Source: an uncultured Smithella sp.
GTDB taxonomy: Bacteria > Desulfobacterota > Syntrophia > Syntrophales > Smithellaceae
Length of the DNA stretch: 51,460 nt
Direction of reading: 5' to 3'
NCBI GenBank assembly: GCA_964491435.1
Contig: CAZBGE010000004.1
Span: 1-51,460 of the forward strand
The position numbers and the translations under genes were made by a program. Numbering within the stretch: the stretch's first letter is position 1; each line of letters opens with the position of its first letter. Positions 19,146 through 27,772 of the stretch are shown here, piece after piece. A model generated the notes under the pieces. The model searched no databases and was not told where the DNA came from. It worked only from the letters and a program-made list of their open reading frames with translations.

Positions 19146-19712
19146 TTATTTAAAAAGTTTATTAATCAAAGATTGTTTGTCTTTCGGATAATAGAGATTG
19201 CCTTCATAATCCACAATGAGTTTGCCGTCAAGATGATCGATTTCATGCTGGACAACCCGGGCGGTCCAATCCAGGTAACGCTTGCTGATTTTTTCACCTT
19301 TTTCATTCAGGGCGCGGACCTTGATTTCCGGGAAGCGGCTGACTTCGATTTGAATATCCGGACAGGACAGGCACCCTTCCGCCGCCGTTACTTTATCACC
19401 GCGCGACTGCGTGATGCGCGGATTAATCAGCACGTCGTAATCATCCGGCGTCATTTTTTTCTTCCGGTCATCGCCGGTCTTATTACGGAAAATAATCATC
19501 CTTTTGTTGATGCCGATCTGCGGACCGGCCAGCCCCGAGGCGTCATCGCGGCAGACAAAGGAATCAATCAGCGCTTTAACTTCCGCTTTTTCCTCTTTGT
19601 CCAGCGGTGTTTTTAACTCCACCGATTTTTTCCGCAGAACGGACGTGTCCTCTTTATTAATTCCATCATCATTCCAAAGACTTAATACTCTTCTGGGGGC
19701 CATATCATTCAC
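19146..19712 (-). CDS. def: Peptide deformylase
   Basis: GLAGPQIG, EGCLS, QHEIDHL motifs. Confidence 0.88.
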   Translation of the reverse strand: MNDMAPRRVLSLWNDDGINKEDTSVLRKKSVELKTPLDKEEKAEVKALIDSFVCRDDASGLAGPQIGINKRMIIFRNKTGDDRKKKMTPDDYDVLINPRITQSRGDKVTAAEGCLSCPDIQIEVSRFPEIKVRALNEKGEKISKRYLDWTARVVQHEIDHLDGKLIVDYEGNLYYPKDKQSLINKLFK

Positions 19713-19968
19713 CGGAGCAAAAAAATTTTCTGGCCTATAACATCTATCAGTGGTTATTTCAAGAAACGAAAACCACCCCTGATATTTGACGGAAGACCGC
19801 CGCCGCCAGCTGAATCATTTCTTCGGAGTTTTTTTAAGGTTCATCCAATTGATGCGTGCTTTTTATCTCAATTACCTTGTGTTCTAAAAATTATCAATTG
19901 GTATAAGATACCTTGGGACACCGGGGTAAAATGAGAGGAATGAATGCATTTGTTGTGTGCTGTGAACT

Positions 19969-20847
19969 TTATTTATCTGAATATTCTTCCCATTTAAAGT
20001 CTAGATTATTTTCATCTCCCGAACGATAGATATTCATCAGGGCAATCAGCGAACCATCAGCGCAATCGTCATTAAAGTCCTTTCCAATCTTCCTCAATAA
20101 AAATATAACTTCGGGATATGAGGCAAACCGAACAGGAATGTTTTTTGGAGGAACAACAGAATCAGGTGTAAATCCATCAGGCAGTTGAGTCCATTCACTT
20201 TTGGAAGAATTTAACGCTATCCATTTGCCGCGGATCTTTACGATTACGAATTGATGGCCGTTTATTGTTATTTCTTTGCCCCGTTTAGCCAGCGCCTGAT
20301 TGTAGTTATCTGACTTGCTGCTGATCGCATAACGGATGTCTTCGGGATCAGCCACCAGATGAAGCGCTTTTATCACCGCGATGAATGACCTGGCGTAATG
20401 TGAACAACCAAAAGCCGCTTTTGTTTTGATAATGTCATCCGCAGAAGGCGCGAAAAAGACGTCTGCCGGGCTCGACCGCATAAATTTGGAATGCCAAGCT
20501 TTAAGAATTAGTTTTTGCTCAGATGAAAGATTGAATGTGCAGAGAAATCCGAGTTTCAGAGCTTCCAGTTTATCGAAGATAATATACTTACCTGGTTCGA
20601 TAGCGTTTGTTTGGACACCAAGTTTCGGATCTGTCATGATTTCTGACACTTTTATTAATTGGGATAGTCTATCCTTGTTGCCATATGAATCAAGAATGGG
20701 CCTTACGACATTGAACGCATACTCATTGACTGTTGGAGTTACTTCAATAAGAGAACCAACACCTCCAGAATAAACGGGTGAGGAAATCAAACAGAAGATG
20801 GAAATCATGATTAAGGTCGTAAATTGATTTATAAAGCTTTTAAACAT
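19969..20847 (-). CDS. Exported hypothetical protein, putative transglutaminase-like Cys protease fold; cassette-borne
   Basis: N-terminal signal-like segment; GCSHYA...GHQFVIV...WIALN spacing resembles a C-H-D/N triad; AT-richer than flanks. Confidence 0.55.
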   Translation of the reverse strand: MFKSFINQFTTLIMISIFCLISSPVYSGGVGSLIEVTPTVNEYAFNVVRPILDSYGNKDRLSQLIKVSEIMTDPKLGVQTNAIEPGKYIIFDKLEALKLGFLCTFNLSSEQKLILKAWHSKFMRSSPADVFFAPSADDIIKTKAAFGCSHYARSFIAVIKALHLVADPEDIRYAISSKSDNYNQALAKRGKEITINGHQFVIVKIRGKWIALNSSKSEWTQLPDGFTPDSVVPPKNIPVRFASYPEVIFLLRKIGKDFNDDCADGSLIALMNIYRSGDENNLDFKWEEYSDK

Positions 20848-20888
20848 GCTTATTTACCCTATCCATGAATATTATGAAATATTTTGTC

Positions 20889-20932
20889 ACCCAACAGCGA
20901 AGCTGAGGGCAAGCGCAGCTCCGCTGTTGGGA
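20889..20932 (-). other. Short (44-bp) attC-like site
   Basis: Minus strand TCCCAAC-AGCGG-AGCTGCGC-TTGCC-CTCAGCT-TCGCT-GTTGGGT; GTTRRRY core ends about 40 bp before the next ATG. Confidence 0.5.
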
Positions 20933-20967
20933 CGGAAACGGCTATCAATTTCGTCCTTTCGTCTCCG

Positions 20968-21033
20968 CCCCATCGACGAATTCACCGGGAGTGGCCCGGC
21001 AGGGGCACGATCCAGTGCAATGTCTGGTTGGGC
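20968..21033 (-). other. attC site (66 bp) with degenerate R' box
   Basis: Minus strand GCCCAAC-CAGAC-ATTGCACTGG...CCGGTGAAT-TCGTC-GATGGGG; extra base in L''; core GTT mutated to GAT. Confidence 0.7.
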
Positions 21034-21137
21034 AATGCTCTTCATTCATATCTATCTGTCCTCTGTCAAGCGCTGACCCCTTTGTTTCTTCCTGCTCCAG
21101 AAGCCGCAGTTTCTGAGGAGTTCGCTATGGCACTGCT

Positions 21138-21722
21138 TCATTTCCAGTAGGCCCTGTGAGGCGCGAGCAGTTCGTCTTCAAGTTCCGGAACGGGGCCTAC
21201 TACCCTGATGGGCTTCTGCCCTGCCGTGAAGACTTTGCGACACGGCAGGTTCATCGTGGGGTTTCTCTTGTCGGCGCCGGTCAGTTCCTTAGCTGTAATT
21301 TCCTCAACGCCATAGACCACGTTTCCGATGTTGGCCCAATAGATGTTTCCGGCACACATGGCACATGGTTCGACATTCGTCACAAGGGTACACTTCCACA
21401 AATAGTCGGTGTCGTATTTAACAAATGCCTGCCGTGCGATCACTGTTTCGGCATGGTCCATCAAACTCACGTTTCCCTGTTTCATCAGCACCGTCTCGCC
21501 ATCCGGCGCCACAAGCACTGCGCCAAAGGGCGGGTGATCAGATTTCACTGCTTCCTTGGCGGCTTCATTGGCAGTCCTCAGATGTTTGAGGACCTGCTGG
21601 TGATTGAGGGGAAACCCCTCCAGATCCGAAGAGGGTTTCCGGTTCCAGGAGCCGTTACCAACGCAGGCGCCCAGGGTCAAAAGCAGGAATGCAAGCGAAA
21701 CTATCATTTTGATATTCTTCAT
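21138..21722 (-). CDS. Zn-dependent nucleoside deaminase (CDA/guanine deaminase-like) with lipoprotein signal
   Basis: HPPFGAVLV, HAE, EPCAMC motifs; lipobox LGAC at Cys20. Confidence 0.8.
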   Translation of the reverse strand: MKNIKMIVSLAFLLLTLGACVGNGSWNRKPSSDLEGFPLNHQQVLKHLRTANEAAKEAVKSDHPPFGAVLVAPDGETVLMKQGNVSLMDHAETVIARQAFVKYDTDYLWKCTLVTNVEPCAMCAGNIYWANIGNVVYGVEEITAKELTGADKRNPTMNLPCRKVFTAGQKPIRVVGPVPELEDELLAPHRAYWK

Positions 21723-21814
21723 TTCAATTCTCTCCTTTCGGTTCTTATTTCAAGGCGGCGCGTGGATCTAACCGCCTACACCAATTGACATTTGTCATCT
21801 TCTCCTATGATGCG

Positions 21815-21873
21815 GCCCAACCGCGAAATCACCGGCGAGAGGAAAGAGCGTCCGGTGGATTGATTGGTTCGGC
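21815..21873 (-). other. attC site (59 bp)
   Basis: Minus strand GCCGAAC-CAATC-AATCCACCGG...CCGGTGATT-TCGCG-GTTGGGC; extrahelical C in L''; perfect GTTRRRY core. Confidence 0.85.
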
Positions 21874-22089
21874 AATTCGTTCTCTTGGATCCTTTATAGC
21901 CCGAAGAATATCTTTAGTGGTAGCTTTGGTTTTTATACCGGGTATTGTAAAGGGCGACCGGGATACTTTTTTGAAGGCAATTGTAAATACTTCACCTCCG
22001 CGCCTTGGGATAATCACATCTTCCTCACGGGCGATATTAAGAATCTCGGCAAAACGCTGTCTTGCTTCCGAATAGGTATATACTTTCAT
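21829..22089 (-). CDS. Phd/YefM-family antitoxin
   Basis: MKVYTYSEARQRFAEILNIA N-terminus; start moved to 22089; 3' end runs into the attC. Confidence 0.8.
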   Translation of the reverse strand: MKVYTYSEARQRFAEILNIAREEDVIIPRRGGEVFTIAFKKVSRSPFTIPGIKTKATTKDILRAIKDPRERIAEPINPPDALSSRR

Positions 22090-22093
22090 AATC

Positions 22094-22483
22094 TCACTCC
22101 ATAATTTTAATGCCGATTCTTCTGGCAATCTCTCTCATCTGCCCATCAAGAGCTAATAAGGGGCTACGCTGATTAAGAGCGCATTCTAAAAAACAGGCAT
22201 CGTACGCATAAATATTTTACTCTAGGGCTATCTTCAATGCCGCGGCAATATGAATGCGTCGAAAATCAACGGGAATATGCGCAATCGAATCCCATGTTAA
22301 AATAGCCTCATCGGCCAGTAACGTTCTTCTTTTTACCATTGCCGTCAATGCATTGCCAATTTCAAAGGGCAAAACTTCCGGTGCAACCAGATCATGTCCT
22401 TCCGTCAGACTGATTATTAATTTCTTTTCAGGCTCATTGAGAGTTACCGCAATAAAAGTATTTGTATCAGCAATAATTTTCAG
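22094..22483 (-). pseudogene. PIN-domain (VapC-like) toxin with internal stop and non-ATG start
   Basis: KIIADTNTF...FEIGNAL...ALE*NIYAYDACFLECA...LLALD; in-frame TAA at 22217-22219; expected start codon is CTG. Confidence 0.8.
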
Positions 22484-23220
22484 GAGTACAACTGTACGCC
22501 AACAATTCGATTTTGTAAAGCCGAACGGTTGAACACCGCAGATGCTCTGTACGGTTTCGCCGCACAAGATTTGCATCGCGCGGCAAATTTAAGTCCGCGT
22601 AATCTTCTTAACTGTGACTGACTTCGGGGCGAACTGGAATGTGCAAGCGCCGAAAGGAGGCTTAACGCCCACTTGCATGGGGCGCCAGACGACAAACTCG
22701 AAGACACCATCTTTCCTGATGACCACGTCGAGTATGGCCTCTGCCTTCTTTGGAACACCTTGAGCAATTTCGGCCTTTTATCGAATCGCCACGCATTCCG
22801 CGACCTCCCTGCCATCGGCATTGTTAACGCCGTTTGCGTGCGCTATGCCGCTTTCCTCCAACTTCACCTGGTATTTTGTGGCGCCGGAATGGGTTTTTTG
22901 CAGGCCATGACGCGCCTGCACACCAGCGGCATCTCATAGGGTCTTCTTGTAATTACCTTTTTCAAACACAAAAAAGCAGTGCGGAATACACCAAATTATG
23001 CTATCAGTACCCGCTGTATTACACTGTATTATCTTCCTATTATTTGCTTTCAAAGAATCATCAGGCGGCAAGAAAAGGTTCGGGCGGTCGTAATACGAAC
23101 AAGGGGTTCCGTGCGCCCCTTTGGATATCCCGGTTATCAGGCTATGCGCCGAGAAAGCAGGCAATGCCGCCGCCAAAATCAGCAGCCGAATGTGAACCGG
23201 AATTAACGATAGGAGAGAAA

Positions 23221-24357
23221 ATGAAGCTATTCATAAGAATCACTGTTTGTGTTGCATGCATATTGTCTTTCGTTGCCGCGGTTCAGGCCGGAGAAATCAA
23301 AATCGGCGTGGCCGAGGCCTTGACCGGTCCTGTCGCAAAATATGGCGTACCTATCAAAAACGGATTCATCCTCGCAGCCGAAGAAATCAACGCCGCCGGC
23401 GGCATTCATGGAAACAAAATCAAACTCATTGTGGAAGATGAACAGGCAAAAAAAGAAGAAGCGATCAATGTCTTCAAGAAATTTATTTTCCAGGATAAAG
23501 TCATCGCCATCTTTGGCCCAACCCTTTCCAATTCGGCTTTTGCCTCCGACCCGTTCGCCAATGCCCGGAAAACCGTCGTCTTCGGCACATCCAATACGGC
23601 GGAAGGCATTACCGCCATCGGCCCTTACGTTTTCCGTAATTCCATTGCGGAAGCGGACATTCTGCCGATCGTGATCAAAACGGCGGCAAAAAAACTCAAA
23701 CTGAAGAAAGTCGCCATGATTTACGGCAATGATGATTCCATGACCAAATCCAGCCATGAAATATTTTTAAGAGCCGTTCATGCGGAAAAATTACAGGTGC
23801 TGACCATACAGACTTTCAGCAAGGGAGATATTGATTTTTCCGCTCAGCTCACCAAAATTAAAAGTCTTCATCCCGACGCCATTATCTGTGCGGCCCTGGT
23901 GGAAGAAGCATCGAATATCATTCTGCAGGCCAGGAAACTGGGCTTGCCGGTTAAAGTCAAATTTATCGGAGGCAACGGATTTAACACGCCCAAACTGATT
24001 GAAATTGCAGGTCCGGCGGCGGAAGGATCGCTCAGCGGCAGTCCATGGTTCCTGGATGACACCGGCAAGAAAAATCAGGCGTTTGTCAAAAGCTATGCCA
24101 GAAAGTACGGCATCGCTCCGGATCAATTCGCCGCTCAGGCCTACGATGCGCTTTACATAATGGCGGAAGGGATCAAGGCCATCAAGATAACCGGCAATTT
24201 GGCGCAGGACAGAACTGCCTTGCGCAACGCCCTCGCTCAAGTAAAAAGCTTTCAAGGAGTAGGCGGCCCTTTCTCATTCAACCTAAATCGTGACGCAGAA
24301 CAAAAGGGGCGCGTCTTAACCATTAAAAAAGGCAAATTCGCAATTTTTGCCGAATAG
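23221..24357 (+). CDS. livK: Branched-chain amino acid ABC transporter substrate-binding protein
   Basis: Signal peptide MKLFIRIT; ALTGPVAKYG, AAQAYDA; GGAGA RBS; start moved from 22834. Confidence 0.85.
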   Translation: MKLFIRITVCVACILSFVAAVQAGEIKIGVAEALTGPVAKYGVPIKNGFILAAEEINAAGGIHGNKIKLIVEDEQAKKEEAINVFKKFIFQDKVIAIFGPTLSNSAFASDPFANARKTVVFGTSNTAEGITAIGPYVFRNSIAEADILPIVIKTAAKKLKLKKVAMIYGNDDSMTKSSHEIFLRAVHAEKLQVLTIQTFSKGDIDFSAQLTKIKSLHPDAIICAALVEEASNIILQARKLGLPVKVKFIGGNGFNTPKLIEIAGPAAEGSLSGSPWFLDDTGKKNQAFVKSYARKYGIAPDQFAAQAYDALYIMAEGIKAIKITGNLAQDRTALRNALAQVKSFQGVGGPFSFNLNRDAEQKGRVLTIKKGKFAIFAE

Positions 24358-24381
24358 TTTGATTGAGGTGAAAGAGAAAAG

Positions 24382-25263
24382 TTGTTTTTACAACAATTTG
24401 CCAACGCCGTGGTCCTGGGATCGGTTTACGCGCTTTTCGCCCTCGGTTTTACCCTGATTTTTGGTGTTCTGGAAGTCATCAGTCTGGCGCATGGCGCCGT
24501 GTTTATGATTGGCGCCTTTGCCGGTCTGACGGTTGTTGCAAAACTTAATGTCAGTCCCGTCACCGCGATTCTGACCGGAATGATGGCCTCAGGTCTGATT
24601 GGCTGGTTTATCGACCTGACGGCCATTCGTCCGTTAAGAAGAAGAAAATTTCACCATCTTGCGCCAATGATCGCCACGATTGGGTGCGCTACGATTATCA
24701 CCAGTATCTTCCAGGGAATTTTCGGCGCCGAGATCTATCGATTCCCCTTCGATTTCATGCCCGCCACATCCTTCAACTTCTGGACGATACAACTGACCTT
24801 GCTGCAGATCATTATCGTCAGCGTGGCTCTGATCTTGATGATGATTATCATCTTCCTGCTCAATAGAACAAAGTGGGGCAAGGCCGTGCGCTCTGTTGCG
24901 GAAAGCCCCCGCACGGCAGCCCTGCTCGGCATTCCGGTGGAACGCGTTTTTCAGCTTACTGCCTTTTCGGCTGCGGCTTTGGGCGGAGCCGCCGGCGTGC
25001 TGACGGGAATCAATTTCAACGCCGTTCACGCTTTTATGGGCGGACCGATCATGCACCGGGGAATCGCCGTGATCATTCTGGGCGGCATGGGAGATATCAG
25101 AGGCGCAGTGCTGGGCGGTTTGATTCTGGGGTTTGCCGAGATTATGAGCGTCGCCTATCTGTCTTCCGATTTTCGGGACGCCATCTCCTTCGGCCTGTTG
25201 TTTATCATCCTGCTGATCAGACCGGCCGGCATATTCGGCGGCGCTACCGAGCGGAAAGGATGA
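24382..25263 (+). CDS. livH: Branched-chain amino acid ABC transporter permease
   Basis: GSVYALFALGFTLIFG, LAHGAVFM, IILGGMG. Confidence 0.9.
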   Translation: MFLQQFANAVVLGSVYALFALGFTLIFGVLEVISLAHGAVFMIGAFAGLTVVAKLNVSPVTAILTGMMASGLIGWFIDLTAIRPLRRRKFHHLAPMIATIGCATIITSIFQGIFGAEIYRFPFDFMPATSFNFWTIQLTLLQIIIVSVALILMMIIIFLLNRTKWGKAVRSVAESPRTAALLGIPVERVFQLTAFSAAALGGAAGVLTGINFNAVHAFMGGPIMHRGIAVIILGGMGDIRGAVLGGLILGFAEIMSVAYLSSDFRDAISFGLLFIILLIRPAGIFGGATERKG

Positions 25264-25270
25264 AGGCGGC

Positions 25271-26104
25271 ATGAACGAATTATTGATGTCCCTCTGGCAA
25301 ACCTATAACACGCTTTTTTATACTGTGATTGTGCACGGCATGCTGGCGCTTTCGATCTATATCACTCTCGCCTGCGGGCAACTGTCGCTGGGTAACGCCG
25401 CTTTTATGGGAATCGGCGCCTACACAGCCGCTCTGTTCACCATGAAGCTGAACGCCCCTTTCGGCCTTTCCCTGCTGGCGGGCGGCATGCTGCCGGCCTT
25501 CATAGCCTTGATCATCGGGGCGCCTACGTTACGGCTATCAGGCGTTTATCTGGCCATGGCCACGCTTGGTTTCGGTGAAGTTGTGCGGGTAGCTTTCTTA
25601 AATATGAGCATCACCGGCGGTTCATTGGGCCTGAACGGCGTGCCGTCCAAAACAGAGCTCTGGCATCTCATTGCGGTCATGGCGGTATTGATTTATTTTT
25701 TCCAGAAACTGAAGAATTCCCGCTTCGGCCGGGCATTGGAGGCCATCCGGGAAGATGAAGTGGCCGCGGCAGTCATGGGTATCCGGACCACCTGGTTCAA
25801 AGTATGGGCCTTTGTTATCGGAGCTTTTATCGCCGGCGTGGCCGGCGGCCTGAATGCTCATTTTACATTTTTTCTTTCGCCGCGCGAATATGGTTTCGAC
25901 TTTGCAGTGGATATTTTAACTTTCGCTATTCTCGGAGGAACCGGAACCTACTGGGGACCGTTGGCCGGCAGCACAATCCTGACCATTCTGCCGGAAATGC
26001 TGAGATTTTTGGGACCTTACCGGTTGGCGCTCAACGGCCTGATCCTGGTTCTGGTCGTGATTTACCTGCCCAACGGAATCATCACGGTAAAAAAGAAGGA
26101 CTGA
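25271..26104 (+). CDS. livM: Branched-chain amino acid ABC transporter permease
   Basis: GQLSLGNAAF, YLAMATLGFGE, AIREDEVAA. Confidence 0.9.
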   Translation: MNELLMSLWQTYNTLFYTVIVHGMLALSIYITLACGQLSLGNAAFMGIGAYTAALFTMKLNAPFGLSLLAGGMLPAFIALIIGAPTLRLSGVYLAMATLGFGEVVRVAFLNMSITGGSLGLNGVPSKTELWHLIAVMAVLIYFFQKLKNSRFGRALEAIREDEVAAAVMGIRTTWFKVWAFVIGAFIAGVAGGLNAHFTFFLSPREYGFDFAVDILTFAILGGTGTYWGPLAGSTILTILPEMLRFLGPYRLALNGLILVLVVIYLPNGIITVKKKD

Positions 26105-26116
26105 CGGAAAGGCGTA

Positions 26117-26878
26117 ATGTTAAAACTGGAAAATATCATCAAGGATTACGGTGGGATGCGCGTACTGGACTCGCTGTCCCTGCAAATTGGCGAAGGACTG
26201 ATTTTTGGTCTGATCGGCCCGAATGGGGCCGGCAAAACGACCCTGTTCAATATCATCAGCGGCCTTGCCCGTCCCACGTCAGGCCGGGTTATCTTTAACG
26301 GAACAGACATCACGCATTTTTCCTCCCAAGCCATCGCCGCCGCGGGAATGGGCCGGACATTTCAAAATATCAGAATTTTTAAAGAACTCTCCCTTCTGGA
26401 AAACGTCCTGACCGGCATGCATCGCCTTTATACCTATTCTCCGGCGGCTATGCTGCTGAATCTTCCGGTGCAGCGGAAGGAAGAAAAGATTATGCGTGAA
26501 AAAGCCATGGAGCTCCTGGATCTCTTTCACCTGGCAGATCAGGCGAAGCGCCAGGCGGAAAGCCTTTCCTATGGAAAGCAAAGAAAACTGGAACTGGCCC
26601 GCGCCCTGGCCACCTCACCGAAGTTGCTTCTGGTGGATGAACCGGCGGCAGGCATGAATCCCGCGGAAACGGAAGAGTTAATGAGCGAGATCGTACAGAT
26701 CAACAACCGGGGATATACGATCTGCATGATTGAACACGACATGAAATTCGTGATGGGTTTGTGCCGGCGGATAGCGGTGCTGAATTTCGGAAAATTGATC
26801 GCCCTGGGCGCCCCCCAGCAAGTCAAGTGCGATCCTCAGGTCATTGAAGCTTACCTTGGAAAGGACGCCTGTTCATAA
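26117..26878 (+). CDS. livG: ABC transporter ATP-binding protein
   Basis: GPNGAGKT, RTFQNIR, LLVDEP, IEHDM. Confidence 0.9.
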   Translation: MLKLENIIKDYGGMRVLDSLSLQIGEGLIFGLIGPNGAGKTTLFNIISGLARPTSGRVIFNGTDITHFSSQAIAAAGMGRTFQNIRIFKELSLLENVLTGMHRLYTYSPAAMLLNLPVQRKEEKIMREKAMELLDLFHLADQAKRQAESLSYGKQRKLELARALATSPKLLLVDEPAAGMNPAETEELMSEIVQINNRGYTICMIEHDMKFVMGLCRRIAVLNFGKLIALGAPQQVKCDPQVIEAYLGKDACS

Positions 26879-26880
26879 CG

Positions 26881-27585
26881 ATGATTCTGGAACTCAAAGA
26901 TATTTTCGTAAACTATAATCACATCCAGGCATTGCAAGGAATATCCCTTCATATCGAAGAAGGAGAGATCGTGGCGCTCATCGGCGCCAACGGCGCGGGC
27001 AAAAGCACCGCTTTAAATGCTATTTCCGGTATGCTGAAAATTATCAGCGGAGAAATTATCTATGCTGGACGTCATATCACCGGGCATTCCCCTCATACGA
27101 TCGTCCGGCGCGGCGTCATCCAGATCCCGGAAGGGCGGGCTATTCTTACTACATTAAAGGTAAGGGAAAATCTTGAAATGGGAGCATTCGCCCAAAAAAG
27201 CAGCGGAATGAAAGAAGATCTGGACGCAGTGTTCACCCGCTTTCCCATTCTCCGGACAAAAGCGGAACTCCCGGCGGGAACTCTTTCCGGAGGGGAACAA
27301 CAAATGCTGGCCATCGGAAGAGCGCTGATGGCCAAACCCAGGCTGCTGCTGATGGATGAGCCATCCATGGGTCTTTCTCCCATCCTGGTCCGTGAGATTT
27401 TTCACATTATTGCGGATATCAACAAGCAGGGCGCCAGTATTCTTCTGGTGGAACAAAACGCTCAAATGGCTCTCGAAATCAGCCAGCGGGGATACGTGCT
27501 CGAAGCGGGACGCATTGTGCTAGAAGACAGTTCCGCCAATCTGCTGCATAACGAAAAGGTCATCCATGCTTATCTTGGCGGATGA
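26881..27585 (+). CDS. livF: ABC transporter ATP-binding protein
   Basis: GANGAGKS, LSGGEQQ, LMDEPSMGL, EQNA. Confidence 0.9.
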   Translation: MILELKDIFVNYNHIQALQGISLHIEEGEIVALIGANGAGKSTALNAISGMLKIISGEIIYAGRHITGHSPHTIVRRGVIQIPEGRAILTTLKVRENLEMGAFAQKSSGMKEDLDAVFTRFPILRTKAELPAGTLSGGEQQMLAIGRALMAKPRLLLMDEPSMGLSPILVREIFHIIADINKQGASILLVEQNAQMALEISQRGYVLEAGRIVLEDSSANLLHNEKVIHAYLGG

Positions 27586-27772
27586 AGGAAATCAAGGACA
27601 TGGAAATTTACGGGCAACTGCCTGCAACGATTCACCTCCCAGACGCGCGGCTTAATACTTGTGTAATCATCACCATCAAGGCCCGACTTAAAACGGCGCT
27701 TGCAAATTTGTTCCATCTTTAGTTAAACAGGCAAGACAAATTGTTCAAGAAATGAAAGATTGGAAATAAGCT

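Noticed and set aside
22217-22219. In-frame stop in the PIN toxin as recoding
   Set aside because: It is TAA, not TGA or TAG, and the start codon is also damaged, so a pseudogene is simpler.
22667-22935. Interrupted minus-strand frame (…KYQVKLEESGIAH…*…ILDVVIRKDGVFEFVVW)
   Set aside because: Probably a decayed gene at the array edge; it cannot be identified from sequence alone.
23085-23200. AGGGGTTCCG...CCGAG upstream of livK as a ykkC/ppGpp-type riboswitch
   Set aside because: The conserved 3' part of that motif could not be found; needs an Rfam scan.
22834-23220. 130-aa N-terminal extension of livK in the ORF track; similar extensions on gcvH, selA, rluD, the GalT-like gene and the second USP
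   Set aside because: Signal peptide, RBS or family N-terminus point to the downstream starts.
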